A DNA stretch of 64,000 nt from Minisyncoccota bacterium (lineage in GTDB: Bacteria > Patescibacteriota > Minisyncoccia > Phycocordibacterales > JAACPR01), in contig JBAYWG010000002.1 of assembly GCA_041674225.1 (NCBI GenBank), positions 34,841 through 98,840 on the forward strand, read 5' to 3'. A model generated the notes under the pieces. That model was not told the origin of the DNA. It saw only the letters and a list, made by a program, of their open reading frames with translations, and made no database searches. Position 1 is the stretch's first letter, and each line of letters starts with the position of its first letter. A program made the position numbers and the translations under genes. This document shows positions 1 through 10,469 of the stretch, in pieces.

Positions 1-1
1 A

Positions 2-478
2 ATAATCTTGGTGATACTCGGTTTTACTTTTAAATTTATCAACGACGCTGAGGTTGTAAAGCAGAACCAAATTGAAGATGAAATAAAAAACGACGACGAT
101 ACTTTTGATCCAAACAAAGAACCTGTAATTGCACCGACGTATAAAAATGCTTCAGCTGATTTAATTCAAGTTGAGCTTCCTTATCCAGGAGCTGTGACAG
201 GAAAGGAATTCACAATTATTGGAAAGGCGAGAGGCTACTGGTTTTTTGAAGCTTCATTTCCTGTGGAGCTTCAAACTCTAGAGGGAAATATCCTTGGTGG
301 TGGAGTTGCAACAGCACAAGGTGAATGGATGACAGAAGACTTTGTGAATTTCACTGCAGAGATGCAAACGCCCTCAGCTTTTACAGGCCCAGCGATTTTG
401 ATTTTGAGAAAAGATAATCCTTCTGGATTACCTGAAAACGACGCCTCAATTTCATTTCCAATTAATGTTCAATTTTAA
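2..478 (+). CDS. hypothetical protein, 5'-truncated at window edge (open frame continues upstream)
   Basis: ORF is open from window start; TTG at 8; no recognisable family. Confidence 0.35.
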   Translation: MILVILGFTFKFINDAEVVKQNQIEDEIKNDDDTFDPNKEPVIAPTYKNASADLIQVELPYPGAVTGKEFTIIGKARGYWFFEASFPVELQTLEGNILGGGVATAQGEWMTEDFVNFTAEMQTPSAFTGPAILILRKDNPSGLPENDASISFPINVQF

Positions 479-479
479 T

Positions 480-1175
480 ATGAAAAATATAATTACAATT
501 TTGCTAGTAGTCGGAATTCTTGTTTTGAGTGGATATATTTTGAACATAGGAAAAACTCCTCAAAATATTCAGGGAGAAAATATAGTTAAAGTGGATGACA
601 AAATAAAAACAGACGAAAATATTCCTGAAGAAAAACCTCCAATTAAAAATAACGGTTTAAAGATTGGTGAGACTTATGATTATGGAACGGTTTCTATCAA
701 ACCACTTTTAATTGAAGAAGATAGTCGATGTCCTATAGATGTGACTTGTATTCAAGCTGGAACTGTTAAATTAAAAATTGAAGTAATTTCGAAGGTTGGT
801 AATAGCAATAACAATATTCACGTTGTGACTTTGGGTGTGGCTAAGGTAATTCATGGAGTAAATGTTGTTCTTTCATCTGTGAATCCTGTTGCTAATTCAA
901 AAATAAATCTTTCACCTGGTGATTACGGATTTACTTTTGATGTTACAAAGAAAACTGATCCAGTAACTCCACCGGAACCAGTTGCAAAATGTTATGTAGG
1001 AGGATGTTCTAGTGAGGTGTGTAGTGATAGGGATGATGTTGCAACTAATTGTATGTATCGCGAAGAGTTCGCTTGTTATCAAACTGCTAAATGTGAGAGA
1101 CAATCAACAGGAAAATGTGGTTGGACAGAAACAAATGAGTTGAAGGTATGTTTGCAGAATTCTCGGCCAGAATAA
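480..1175 (+). CDS. membrane-anchored hypothetical protein with C-terminal Cys-rich domain
   Basis: ATG at 480 (MKNIITILLVVGILVL, N-terminal TM); C-terminus has about 10 Cys (CYVGGCSSEVC...CGW). Confidence 0.45.
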   Translation: MKNIITILLVVGILVLSGYILNIGKTPQNIQGENIVKVDDKIKTDENIPEEKPPIKNNGLKIGETYDYGTVSIKPLLIEEDSRCPIDVTCIQAGTVKLKIEVISKVGNSNNNIHVVTLGVAKVIHGVNVVLSSVNPVANSKINLSPGDYGFTFDVTKKTDPVTPPEPVAKCYVGGCSSEVCSDRDDVATNCMYREEFACYQTAKCERQSTGKCGWTETNELKVCLQNSRPE

Positions 1176-1183
1176 ATGCTTGT

Positions 1184-2350
1184 TTATTGTTCAGTTATTT
1201 TTTTAAAATAATCCGCCACAGTAATATCATTGTCTTGAAATAATTTAAGTAATTTATTTGCAAGTTCTTTTCTCGTAGAATCATATTTTTTCCAATCCCA
1301 ATTTTTTAATGTATTTATAATATCTTCTTTACTGACTCCGTTCATACAATTTCTTGAATCAATGTGTGGTATGTGCATGATTTGGCAAAGTTCAAGAGTT
1401 CTTAGATCTATACAGATACAAAGTGAGGGTATCCCTGCTTGAATCCCAGTCATTGTTCCATGAATTCTAGTCCCGACAACAACATCAAAATGTTTTAATG
1501 TGTCTATCCATTCTGGAACACTAGAAAATATATAGCTTTTAAACTTGAACCATTTAATGAAATCCTCATCTGTGAGCTCTGGACTTATAAATTTTTTTGC
1601 ACTCAAAAAATCTTCTTTAGAAACATTATTTAAATCTTGTCTCGACAATCTGATCATTATTTCTGGATTTTGACATATGTATAATCCGTCTGATGCATTG
1701 ATTAAATTTATTAAGGATTTTTCAATTAAATTAAATTGTGGTCGTACAGGATTACCTGCAGATACTGCAAATCTAGGATTTTCTGGAATTTCCTTTTTTG
1801 AAATTTCTTCTCCAAGATTTACGGATGGATTTATAAAATTAGAAGGACAACCAGTCACTACACAGTGATTTTGTTTGTTTACTTTAGTTAATAAATCATA
1901 AGTAGAATTTCCTCTTAATGAAATGTTTGGAACACCCTCTTTAGAGTGTTCAGTAATTTGATTAAACCACTGCCATGTTCCATCTGAAATGTCGCTAGGT
2001 GTAATTGATTTTTTTAAAAGATTATAAGGATATTGAATTCCAAGACCAACTCCAACAACTGGTAAATTTATTTCACTTAAAAACTCAGCAGCTTTAAGCA
2101 AATCAGTATGTGGACCTAGTTGGTTTGCTAAAGTCATTACAAGTATGTCTACTTCAGAAAATTTATCTTTTGATCTTTCATTCCAACTTATTGCAATAGG
2201 ACTTATATCTAAAATTTGTGATAAAGCGTAAGAATATACAAAGTTACCGTTATTTGCACCATATTTTTTAATAAAATCTTCGGTTGATAAAAATGGTGCA
2301 TCTGGAATATATGAAGATAAACCAAATAGCCGAACTCTTTTTATAGCCAT
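1184..2350 (-). CDS. polysaccharide pyruvyl transferase family protein (CsaB/WcaK-like)
   Basis: 388 aa; GTRIHG...GIPSL motif region typical of PS pyruvyl transferases. Confidence 0.45.
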   Translation of the reverse strand: MAIKRVRLFGLSSYIPDAPFLSTEDFIKKYGANNGNFVYSYALSQILDISPIAISWNERSKDKFSEVDILVMTLANQLGPHTDLLKAAEFLSEINLPVVGVGLGIQYPYNLLKKSITPSDISDGTWQWFNQITEHSKEGVPNISLRGNSTYDLLTKVNKQNHCVVTGCPSNFINPSVNLGEEISKKEIPENPRFAVSAGNPVRPQFNLIEKSLINLINASDGLYICQNPEIMIRLSRQDLNNVSKEDFLSAKKFISPELTDEDFIKWFKFKSYIFSSVPEWIDTLKHFDVVVGTRIHGTMTGIQAGIPSLCICIDLRTLELCQIMHIPHIDSRNCMNGVSKEDIINTLKNWDWKKYDSTRKELANKLLKLFQDNDITVADYFKKITEQ

Positions 2351-2416
2351 AATTTAATGATTGTATCATGACTTTTAAAATTTTGACTTCCTTGATTAAT
2401 GAGGTAAATTTAAAAC

Positions 2417-2737
2417 ATGAAAAAAATAATTGCAATTATAGTTTTATTAATTATTGGAGCTGGGTTTTATTACTGGGTTGAGATGAATCAAATTTCAGAA
2501 AATGAAATTTATGAGATGCCTTACGAACAAGAACAAAAACAAGACAATGTCGTGCCATCACAATCAGTTGGAAAAATAAATATTGATGAAGTGTGTGCAA
2601 ACGCTCTTATCAGAATGACATTTACAGATGGTGAAAGCGCAGCAAAATTTGTTCAAGAATGTAGAGAAGGAAAACACCCTGAAGTGATTGAACAATTTAA
2701 AGCAGAAATGAATTTGGGAGCCGGAGCAGAGATTTAA
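2417..2737 (+). CDS. small secreted or membrane-anchored hypothetical protein
   Basis: N-terminal hydrophobic helix MKKIIAIIVLLIIGAGFYYW; 106 aa. Confidence 0.4.
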   Translation: MKKIIAIIVLLIIGAGFYYWVEMNQISENEIYEMPYEQEQKQDNVVPSQSVGKINIDEVCANALIRMTFTDGESAAKFVQECREGKHPEVIEQFKAEMNLGAGAEI

Positions 2738-2810
2738 TTTAAAAAATAAAAAACGCCAAGAAGATTTTGCCTTCGAAGCGTTGATGTGATGAGTGACAGA
2801 TGTCAGTTCA

Positions 2811-3176
2811 TCAATTGGTAGACACGGGAATTCCGTTTCCGATGAGTACCATTTTTCCGATGTGTGCATGTTTCCAGTTGAATAACATGTGGATGTGCAC
2901 AAATATTGCGATAAGTGGAAGTAATAGTACAACAGCTGGTACATTGAAAAGACCGATGTCTTCTCTGTGCCATTCCAACATTCGCTGCCAAACTTCCCAT
3001 TTTCCCCATGCAATCCAGACGAATGCTGTGAATAGTATAAGTAGCGATAGTATGTTTGAGAGGATAAAAAATTTAACTGACTTTGCACATCGGATGGTCT
3101 CCTTTGTGTAGTTATCACTGAAGGACCCAATCCTTATAGTTCTTGATGCGAGTTTGTATAGTTGGTACGGATTCAT
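2811..3176 (-). CDS. possible small membrane protein (two predicted TM helices); start chosen at internal Met
   Basis: C-terminal part of ORF 2811..3410 has TM-like segments; the upstream part looks non-coding. Confidence 0.25.
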   Translation of the reverse strand: MNPYQLYKLASRTIRIGSFSDNYTKETIRCAKSVKFFILSNILSLLILFTAFVWIAWGKWEVWQRMLEWHREDIGLFNVPAVVLLLPLIAIFVHIHMLFNWKHAHIGKMVLIGNGIPVSTN

Positions 3177-3311
3177 TTTTAAGTTTGGTGAACATTTGTT
3201 GTCATGGCTAGTCTTAAGCGCAGACAAATTCCTAACCATATAACAACGTTGTACACAAAAAGTCAAACCAGCTTTTAAATAAGCCTTTATTGTGGTATTG
3301 TTTTTTAACTT

Positions 3312-4634
3312 ATGGATAAAGTAATTACACGTTTTCCACCATCTCCAACAGGGGAAATTCACATCGGCAACATGCGGACAATGTTGTTTAACTATCTTTT
3401 TGCAAGACATTTCAATGGTGAGATTGTTTTGAGATTCGAAGACACTGATAAAGAGAGAAGTAAAAAAGAATTCGAGCCATTTATCCTTGATGGATTAAAA
3501 GCTGTTGGTTTAAGTTTTGATCACGGACCTTTTCGACAATCTGAGAGAAATGATATTCATAAAGAAAAATTATTAGAATTGATAAAAAAGGGACTTGCTT
3601 ACGAGGCGGAGGATTCTTCGACTGGTTCTGGAAAAGTTGTTAGATTTAGAAATCCAAATAAAACTATAATTTTTGATGATCAAGTTAGAGGTCCTATTTC
3701 TTTTGACTCATCTATTTTTGAAGATTTTATTATCGCGAGAAATATTGATAATCCAATTTATCATTTCGCTGTGGTAGTGGACGACATGGAAATGGGTGTG
3801 ACTCATGTGATCCGAGGAGAAGAACACCTTACAAGCACACCGCGACAAATTCTTTTGCTAGAAGCGCTTGGTGCAAAAGTTCCTTTGTATGCGCATCTTC
3901 CTTTGATTGTGGGTGATGATAAAAAGAAATTATCAAAAAGGCACGGCGCCACTTCTGTGAGCGGATTTCTTTCACAGGGTTATTTACCAGAAGCACTTGT
4001 GAATTATTTAGCATTTCTTGGTTGGAATCCGGGTGGAGAAAGAGAAATATATTCTCTCGAGGAATTGGTTGATATTTTTGATTTGAGCAGAGTGGGTAAA
4101 AACCCTGCGAAGTTTGATTACAATAAATTGAATGATATCAATTATCACTACATGATTAATTTGTCTGACGAGGACTATCGTGAAAAACTATTGAAGTTCT
4201 TAAACGAAGAATACACAAAACTTTTTGAAGAAAATGTAGAAGCGTCAAATTTGATTATAAAAGAAGTTATAAAAACACGAATCAAAAAATTTGCAGATAT
4301 TAAAACTATGATTTCAGAAGGTGAACTTGATTATTTTTTCAAAAAACCAGATATGAATTTGGAAATAATTTGTTTCAAAGATAATTCTCTTGAAAAGACA
4401 AAAGAAACATTAAAAATTACAAGAGATGTTTTGGAAAAAATTCCGGAAGATAAATGGAGTATTGATTTTATTAAAGAAAATCTAAATACACTCTTTGCAG
4501 AAAACGGTGTTGGAGCTATCTTGCATCCATTGCGTGTAGCTTTGTCTGGGAAAAAACAATCACCGGATCCTTTTACACTCAGTTATCTTTTGGGTAAAAA
4601 AGAAGTTTTGGAGAGATTGGATGCTACTATATAA
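3312..4634 (+). CDS. gltX: glutamyl-tRNA synthetase
   Basis: HIGH motif (PSPTGEIHIGNMRT) and KMSKS variant (KLSKRHG); class I GluRS architecture. Confidence 0.9.
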   Translation: MDKVITRFPPSPTGEIHIGNMRTMLFNYLFARHFNGEIVLRFEDTDKERSKKEFEPFILDGLKAVGLSFDHGPFRQSERNDIHKEKLLELIKKGLAYEAEDSSTGSGKVVRFRNPNKTIIFDDQVRGPISFDSSIFEDFIIARNIDNPIYHFAVVVDDMEMGVTHVIRGEEHLTSTPRQILLLEALGAKVPLYAHLPLIVGDDKKKLSKRHGATSVSGFLSQGYLPEALVNYLAFLGWNPGGEREIYSLEELVDIFDLSRVGKNPAKFDYNKLNDINYHYMINLSDEDYREKLLKFLNEEYTKLFEENVEASNLIIKEVIKTRIKKFADIKTMISEGELDYFFKKPDMNLEIICFKDNSLEKTKETLKITRDVLEKIPEDKWSIDFIKENLNTLFAENGVGAILHPLRVALSGKKQSPDPFTLSYLLGKKEVLERLDATI

Positions 4635-4638
4635 ATAA

Positions 4639-6228
4639 ATGATAAAAATTACAAAACTCTCAAAGTATTTCGGTGAAAAGACGGTCTTGAATAAGATTTC
4701 TTTTAATATTGAAAAAGGGAACAAGATTGCTTTAACTGGATTCAATGGTTCCGGAAAAACTACTTTATTAAAAATTTTGGTTGGAGATGAGACTTACTCA
4801 AACGGTTTATTTGAGTTACAAAAAAATGTAAAAAGGGGATTTGTTCCTCAAGATCCGAGTGGTCACGGTAAATTAAAAGTGGTTGATTTTCTTTTAACTG
4901 CGAAAAAAGAATCTGAAGATAAAAAAGATTTTTTAAGAAGAGTGGATATTATGTTTGCTGGATTTATGCTTTCAGAAAATCTTAAGGATAAAAAAATCGG
5001 TGAATTAAGTAGTGGGCAGAAAACAAAAATATTTTTAACAAATTTTCTTTTACAAGATGTTGATTTACTTTTGCTAGATGAGCCCACAAATAATCTGGAT
5101 CTCCCTGCGCTTATTTGGTTAGAGTATTACCTTCAAAATTTCAAAGGTGCTTTCATTGTTGTATCCCATGACAAAACATTTTTAGATAATGTGACTAATA
5201 AAGTTTTTGAAATAGATTGGCACGATCATTCTTTGAGAATTTCAAATGCAAAGTACTCGAATTATTTGATGGAACGACAAATTGAGTTTAATAGTCTGAA
5301 TCAAAAGTATTCACAACAAAGAGAAGAGGTTTCTCGTCTTAAGGGTGTTGTGGCTGCTAAACAAGAGAAAGGGCTCCTAGGGGCAAAATGGAAGAGTGGA
5401 GACAACGATAAAATGCTTCAAGGCTTTAAAAGAAATCGTGCGGGGTATTCTTTAAATGATGCAAAAGTGACTATGAACCGAATCAAGAGAATGGACTTTG
5501 TTGAAAAACCAAAAGAAAGAAATGAGCTTTCTTTAAAAATTGAATCACAAATTAATTCACCCGCTTTGAACATCGCTTTGAAAGATGTTATTTCTGGATA
5601 TAAGGGAGATTTTATTTTAGGTCCGATAAATCTAGATGTTCGTTATGGAAAAAGAATTTGTATCGTTGGACCAAACGGAGTTGGAAAAACTACAATTTTG
5701 AAAACAATTACAGGGATGCTAAAAAATATTAGTGGAATTGTGAGTGTAGATAGCGGAGTTCATTTTGGGAATTTTATGCAAGAACACGAAAATCTTCCAC
5801 AAGATAAAACTCTACTGGCTTTTTTGAAAGATCATTTAGGAGTTGAAAAAGAATTAGTTCACAATCATTTAACTAAATTTGGTTTCAGTGATGAAGACAT
5901 AAAATCTAAAATTGGAAATTTGAGTCCTGGAGAAAGAGCTCGACTTCTTTTTGCATATTTTACAGCGACAAATGTGAACACATTGATCTTAGATGAACCA
6001 ACAAATCATTTAGACATTGAAGCCGAATTGGCTCTGGAAGAATCTTTGAAAGATTTTATGGGAACAATTATCGCCGTGTCTCATGATAGAAGTTTTGTCA
6101 AAAATGTTCATTTCGATGAATACTATGTTTTGTCTGATAGAGGTTTAGAAAAATTGATTGATTTTAATGATTATATTGTGGAGATGGAGAAGCGTTCGAA
6201 GAAACTTATCAGAATGTTAGAAAAATAA
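4639..6228 (+). CDS. ABC-F family ATPase (tandem ABC domains, no TMD; EttA/Uup-like)
   Basis: Two Walker A motifs (GFNGSGKTT, GPNGVGKTT) and two LSGGQ-like signatures (LSSGQKTK, LSPGERAR). Confidence 0.85.
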   Translation: MIKITKLSKYFGEKTVLNKISFNIEKGNKIALTGFNGSGKTTLLKILVGDETYSNGLFELQKNVKRGFVPQDPSGHGKLKVVDFLLTAKKESEDKKDFLRRVDIMFAGFMLSENLKDKKIGELSSGQKTKIFLTNFLLQDVDLLLLDEPTNNLDLPALIWLEYYLQNFKGAFIVVSHDKTFLDNVTNKVFEIDWHDHSLRISNAKYSNYLMERQIEFNSLNQKYSQQREEVSRLKGVVAAKQEKGLLGAKWKSGDNDKMLQGFKRNRAGYSLNDAKVTMNRIKRMDFVEKPKERNELSLKIESQINSPALNIALKDVISGYKGDFILGPINLDVRYGKRICIVGPNGVGKTTILKTITGMLKNISGIVSVDSGVHFGNFMQEHENLPQDKTLLAFLKDHLGVEKELVHNHLTKFGFSDEDIKSKIGNLSPGERARLLFAYFTATNVNTLILDEPTNHLDIEAELALEESLKDFMGTIIAVSHDRSFVKNVHFDEYYVLSDRGLEKLIDFNDYIVEMEKRSKKLIRMLEK

Positions 6229-6416
6229 AGAAACAATGAAGACTTTAGTTGGGTACTAGTATTTATTTATAAAAGCTTTAATATCAGTATGAGAAGATGT
6301 TGGGCAAATGAGCACATTACAAAAAAGGTCTAAATATCGGAATTTATGGTGGAGTTTGGGCACAAACTACAGTCGATTTTTTTAAAACGATTGGACTTTT
6401 TGCCGATGGGGTTTCT

Positions 6417-6821
6417 TTGTTTGAATATACTCACAGAGAAGCTTTGTCTTTCGATCAGTACGATATGTTTATCATTACTGATTTTGGTAAACCTGCGGAA
6501 GCGGGTTGGAATGACAACAATGGCTATTGGCTACAGAGACTAAATGAAATGCGTGAAATTATTTGGAGTCGTTCGATGAAGAGTGTAATTTTTGCAAATC
6601 ATAATGATGCAGATGTATACAAATCTCTTAGGAGTGCGTGTACAGATGTGGTAGAAGTTGAAACTTTTTTAAAGAAAAACAATAGATTTCCAGAAGCATC
6701 AATTATTCCACAGTCCTTTGCACTTGCGGTTTTAACACATTGTTATGTGAAGAAAAAACAAGAAATCATCAGTCAGCCTTTGGTTTTTCACGAGGAATTC
6801 CTGGAGGCATCAGTGGCCTAA
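6417..6821 (+). CDS. hypothetical protein (TTG start in ORF track; true start uncertain)
   Basis: 134 aa ORF; no family recognised. Confidence 0.35.
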   Translation: MFEYTHREALSFDQYDMFIITDFGKPAEAGWNDNNGYWLQRLNEMREIIWSRSMKSVIFANHNDADVYKSLRSACTDVVEVETFLKKNNRFPEASIIPQSFALAVLTHCYVKKKQEIISQPLVFHEEFLEASVA

Positions 6822-6844
6822 AAACCTAAAATTAACCTTAACAT

Positions 6845-6866
6845 AGCGCTTCGGCGCTTTTTCTTT
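6845..6866 (+). terminator. rho-independent terminator
   Basis: agcgcTTCGgcgct stem-loop followed by tttttcttt. Confidence 0.6.
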
Positions 6867-6895
6867 GATACTTATTTTTATGTTAAAATTGGTAA

Positions 6896-7657
6896 ATGGA
6901 TTTAAAAAACTTGCCGCAAAAGAAGAAAAGAGACAGTAGATGGAATTATGGAGGCTCAAATTGGAAGCTTTCAAGATCGAAAATTGATTTGTTTGTAGAG
7001 TGTCCTAGATGTTTTTATTTAGATAATAAAATGGGAATCGCGCGACCAAAATTTCCTTCGTTTCTTTTAAACACCGCGGTAGATACACTTTTTAAAAAAG
7101 AATTTGATATTCATCGCGCAAATGGCACTCCTCATCCTTTGATGACGACTTATGGAGTTGATGCTGTGCCTTTTGAACATCCTAAAATGGACACTTGGCG
7201 AGAAAACTTTGAAGGAATTCAATTTCCTCACACAGACACAGGAATGATAATTTCTGGAGCAATAGATGATATTTGGGTGAAGCCAGATAATTCTCTAATT
7301 GTCGTAGATTATAAATCTACGAGCAAGGACGAAGAAATAACATTGGATGATAAATGGAAAGAGGGATACAAAAGACAAATGGAAGTGTATCAGTGGCTTT
7401 TGAGAAAATTAAATTTTAATGTTTCTGAGTTGGGATATTTTGTTTATGCAAATGGAAAAACAGATGCAAAAAGTTTTGATGGAAAATTAGAATTCGATGT
7501 GACCCTAATTCCATATGAAGGAGATACTGCGTGGGTGGAAGATACAATTTTTAGAATTAAAGAGACTTTAGATAAAGATGAAGTGCCAATACCTAGTGCG
7601 GAGTGTGAACAATGCCAGTATGTTTATGGCCGAGTTTCTGCTGAGGAGTCTAAATAA
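6896..7657 (+). CDS. PD-(D/E)XK nuclease, Cas4/RecB-like family with 4-Cys cluster
   Basis: N-terminal CPRC and C-terminal CEQC cysteines; IDDIWVK...IVVDYKS resembles the D...(D/E)xK core. Confidence 0.6.
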   Translation: MDLKNLPQKKKRDSRWNYGGSNWKLSRSKIDLFVECPRCFYLDNKMGIARPKFPSFLLNTAVDTLFKKEFDIHRANGTPHPLMTTYGVDAVPFEHPKMDTWRENFEGIQFPHTDTGMIISGAIDDIWVKPDNSLIVVDYKSTSKDEEITLDDKWKEGYKRQMEVYQWLLRKLNFNVSELGYFVYANGKTDAKSFDGKLEFDVTLIPYEGDTAWVEDTIFRIKETLDKDEVPIPSAECEQCQYVYGRVSAEESK

Positions 7658-7662
7658 AAATT

Positions 7663-8448
7663 ATGAGTTTCTCTAATAATGATTTAAATAAAAGTCGAGG
7701 ATTGGATACTAATGTACTGAAAGTTTTAGATTATCGTAAAACTATTAGAGACAATAAGGCTAAGACTTTAAAAAGAAAACAAGTCGAGCAAGAAATACTT
7801 GTTTTACGTACAAGATTGAATGTTATCGATAGAGAAATTCAAAGACTTAATGTCTCAGAGAGAAGATTTCATGGGGATGAATCACGTGCAGAATTAGAAT
7901 TAGCAGAAGAGACCAAAACTTTAGAAAATCTAACAAAAGAATTGGAAAAACATTCTTTGAATGTACAAGAACTTCAAAAAACATTGAGTTCGAAAAAGAT
8001 GTATTTTGGGAGGTCGAAACCTAAAATTAGTTTTAGTACTCAGAACGCTGAAAAAGAAATGCAGAGCTTGCGATCTGAGTTGAAAAGAGTTAATCAAGAA
8101 ATTGAACAATTAAATGCAAAGAAAAGAAGATTAATAACAGAGATGGGTTTGGTTGAAACAAAGTCTCATGAAGCAGAGGAATTGCAACAAAAAACTGATT
8201 ATCAAAATAAAGAAGAGGAAATTGCAATGCAAAAACTGACTCAAGAGATGAACTCAGAGGAGACTTTGATAAGCCGTTTTAAATCAAGATTTTTAAATCA
8301 ACAAAAAAGCGTCTTAGAAAAGAAAAGGCAATTTGAAGAAGTAAAAAATAGACTGAAAGGTTCTCGAACAGTTTCACCTGCTTTGGAAAATGAAAAACAT
8401 CGAATAGAACAAAAAATACAATCTTTAGAAGTAGATTTAAATAAGTAA
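7663..8448 (+). CDS. coiled-coil K/E/Q-rich protein; starts 6 bp after the nuclease gene stop
   Basis: Heptad-like charged repeats throughout; 261 aa. Confidence 0.5.
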   Translation: MSFSNNDLNKSRGLDTNVLKVLDYRKTIRDNKAKTLKRKQVEQEILVLRTRLNVIDREIQRLNVSERRFHGDESRAELELAEETKTLENLTKELEKHSLNVQELQKTLSSKKMYFGRSKPKISFSTQNAEKEMQSLRSELKRVNQEIEQLNAKKRRLITEMGLVETKSHEAEELQQKTDYQNKEEEIAMQKLTQEMNSEETLISRFKSRFLNQQKSVLEKKRQFEEVKNRLKGSRTVSPALENEKHRIEQKIQSLEVDLNK

Positions 8449-8449
8449 T

Positions 8450-9820
8450 ATGTCAGAAAATGTGCCATTTAAAATTGTGATTTTTGGAGGAACCGGGGAT
8501 TTGGTTCGGAAGAAAATTATTCCTGCGATATTTGATTTATATCAAAATGGATTTTTACCTGAAAATTTTGAAATTATAGGTGTATCGAGAAAGAATCTTT
8601 CAGATGAGGAGTTCGGGGATTTTGTAAAAGATTCTGTTTCTAATAAAAAGTTTGATGATAAACATTTGCAGGATTTTTTGAAAAAGAGTAGATATTTTTC
8701 TGCAGATATTTCAAATGAAGAAACTTTAAAAGAGTTAGGGAATTTTTTGAAAACAAATAAAAGTAATAATATATTTTATTTAGCGATTTCTCCAAATTTA
8801 TATGAAGTGGCTTTTAATAATCTGAGTCAGTCTGGGTTGATGCAACAATCAGAAGATAATTGGTCTAGAATTTTGGTAGAGAAGCCTTTTGGAAATGATT
8901 ACAATCACGCAGAAAAGTTGGACAAAATGCTTGGAGAGTTATTTTCTGAAAATCAGATTTTTAGAATAGATCATTATTTGGCGAAAGAGACTTTGCAGAA
9001 TATTTTAACTTTTAGATTTGCGAATTCAATTTTTGAACCGATTTGGAATTCCAGTGCGATTGAGGAAATTAATATAAAAATGTTTGAAAGTCTAGACGTA
9101 GATAATCGAGCAAGTTTTTATGATGGTGTTGGAGCTTTGAGAGATGTCGGACAAAATCATATTTTACAGATGTTGGCTTTGATAGCGATGGAAGATCCGG
9201 GTTCTTTGAAGGTGGAGGATATAAGGTTGAAGCGCGCGGCGATACTGGAAGAGATTAGTCTCGCCGAGCCGGTGCCGCCGCGCGCCCAATACACTGGATA
9301 CAGTGAAATTACCGGAATCAACCCTGAAACTAAAACAGAAACTTTTTTCTCAATACAAGCAGAAATAAATAATCCTCGTTGGAAAGGTGCAAAATTTAAT
9401 TTAACTAGCGGAAAAGCTCTTAAAGAAACTCTGACGGAAATTTCTGTTGTATTTAAAGAAAAATGGACAAGTGTTGTACCAGCTGAAGATGAAAGAAATT
9501 ATCAAAATATTGTTACTTTTAAAATCCAACCAAAACAAGAAATTTCAATTCAATTTTGGTCAAAAAAATCTGGATTTACTTATGAAGTTGATCCGCAAGA
9601 ATTGAGTTTTAATTATGAAACTTCAAATTCCAGAATTCCTGATGCTTACGAAAGAGTGCTTTTTGATTGTATAAAAGGCGATCAAACTTTATTTATATCA
9701 ACACGAGAAATAATGGCTCAGTGGAATTTTGTAGAAAAAATCCTAAAAATCTGGGAAAATGAACCAATTAAAAAATATCCAAAAGGTGTTGACCCGAGTG
9801 AAATATTAAGTACGATTTAA
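8450..9820 (+). CDS. zwf: glucose-6-phosphate 1-dehydrogenase
   Basis: N-terminal GGTGDL NADP motif and RIDHYLAKE active-site signature. Confidence 0.85.
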   Translation: MSENVPFKIVIFGGTGDLVRKKIIPAIFDLYQNGFLPENFEIIGVSRKNLSDEEFGDFVKDSVSNKKFDDKHLQDFLKKSRYFSADISNEETLKELGNFLKTNKSNNIFYLAISPNLYEVAFNNLSQSGLMQQSEDNWSRILVEKPFGNDYNHAEKLDKMLGELFSENQIFRIDHYLAKETLQNILTFRFANSIFEPIWNSSAIEEINIKMFESLDVDNRASFYDGVGALRDVGQNHILQMLALIAMEDPGSLKVEDIRLKRAAILEEISLAEPVPPRAQYTGYSEITGINPETKTETFFSIQAEINNPRWKGAKFNLTSGKALKETLTEISVVFKEKWTSVVPAEDERNYQNIVTFKIQPKQEISIQFWSKKSGFTYEVDPQELSFNYETSNSRIPDAYERVLFDCIKGDQTLFISTREIMAQWNFVEKILKIWENEPIKKYPKGVDPSEILSTI

Positions 9821-9822
9821 TT

Positions 9823-10464
9823 ATGAATTATTCTGATAAAAAAATTATAGACATATCTTTACCACTTTATTCTGCGACAATTGTTTATCCAAACAACGTT
9901 CCACTTGAGATTGAGACTCATGCCCACATGCCAGAATCTACAACTCATTTATCAAAAATCACTATGGGAACACATACTGGGACTCACATAGACGCTCCGA
10001 TGCACGCTGTGCAAGGTGCTAATACTCTAGATCAAATCCCGCTAGAAACTTTTGTTGGATTGTGTCGGGTGGTAGATGTGACACATCGCGGCCCAGGCGA
10101 ATCTGTGAAAAAAGGGGATTTAGGGGATGTGGTAAAAGGTGAAAGAATTTTGATAAAAACTTCTAATTCTGTTCGAGGTTTTAAAGAATTTTATAATGAT
10201 TATGTATATCTAGACGGAGATACTGCGGATTGGTTGGCTGATATTGGTGTAAAATTAGTTGGTATTGATTATCTTTCAATAAAACAAAAAGGTTCAAAAG
10301 ATCAAAGACCCCACACTTCACTTTTAGAAAAAAACATCCCAATTATAGAAGGGATAAATTTAAATCATGTTGGAGCCGGTCTGTATGAATTGATTTGTTT
10401 GCCTTTAAATTTTGTCGGAGTAGAGGGAGGACCAGCCAGAATAATTTTACGAGAATTAAATTAA
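9823..10464 (+). CDS. cyclase-family metal-dependent hydrolase (kynurenine formamidase-like)
   Basis: HTGTHIDAPMH motif characteristic of the putative cyclase / KynB fold. Confidence 0.7.
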   Translation: MNYSDKKIIDISLPLYSATIVYPNNVPLEIETHAHMPESTTHLSKITMGTHTGTHIDAPMHAVQGANTLDQIPLETFVGLCRVVDVTHRGPGESVKKGDLGDVVKGERILIKTSNSVRGFKEFYNDYVYLDGDTADWLADIGVKLVGIDYLSIKQKGSKDQRPHTSLLEKNIPIIEGINLNHVGAGLYELICLPLNFVGVEGGPARIILRELN

Positions 10465-10469
10465 ATAAC

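Noticed and set aside
2564-3130. Overlapping ORFs 2564..3130(-), 2800..3111(+), 2803..3009(-) between the small secreted gene and gltX
   Set aside because: Mutually overlapping and low-complexity, with no motifs. Only the C-terminal TM-containing part of the minus frame was kept, as a low-confidence small membrane protein.
10395-10469. Upstream extension of the PGI ORF (start 10395)
   Set aside because: It overlaps the 3' end of the cyclase gene by 70 bp in another frame. ATG 10470 directly follows the upstream stop and matches the family N-terminus.
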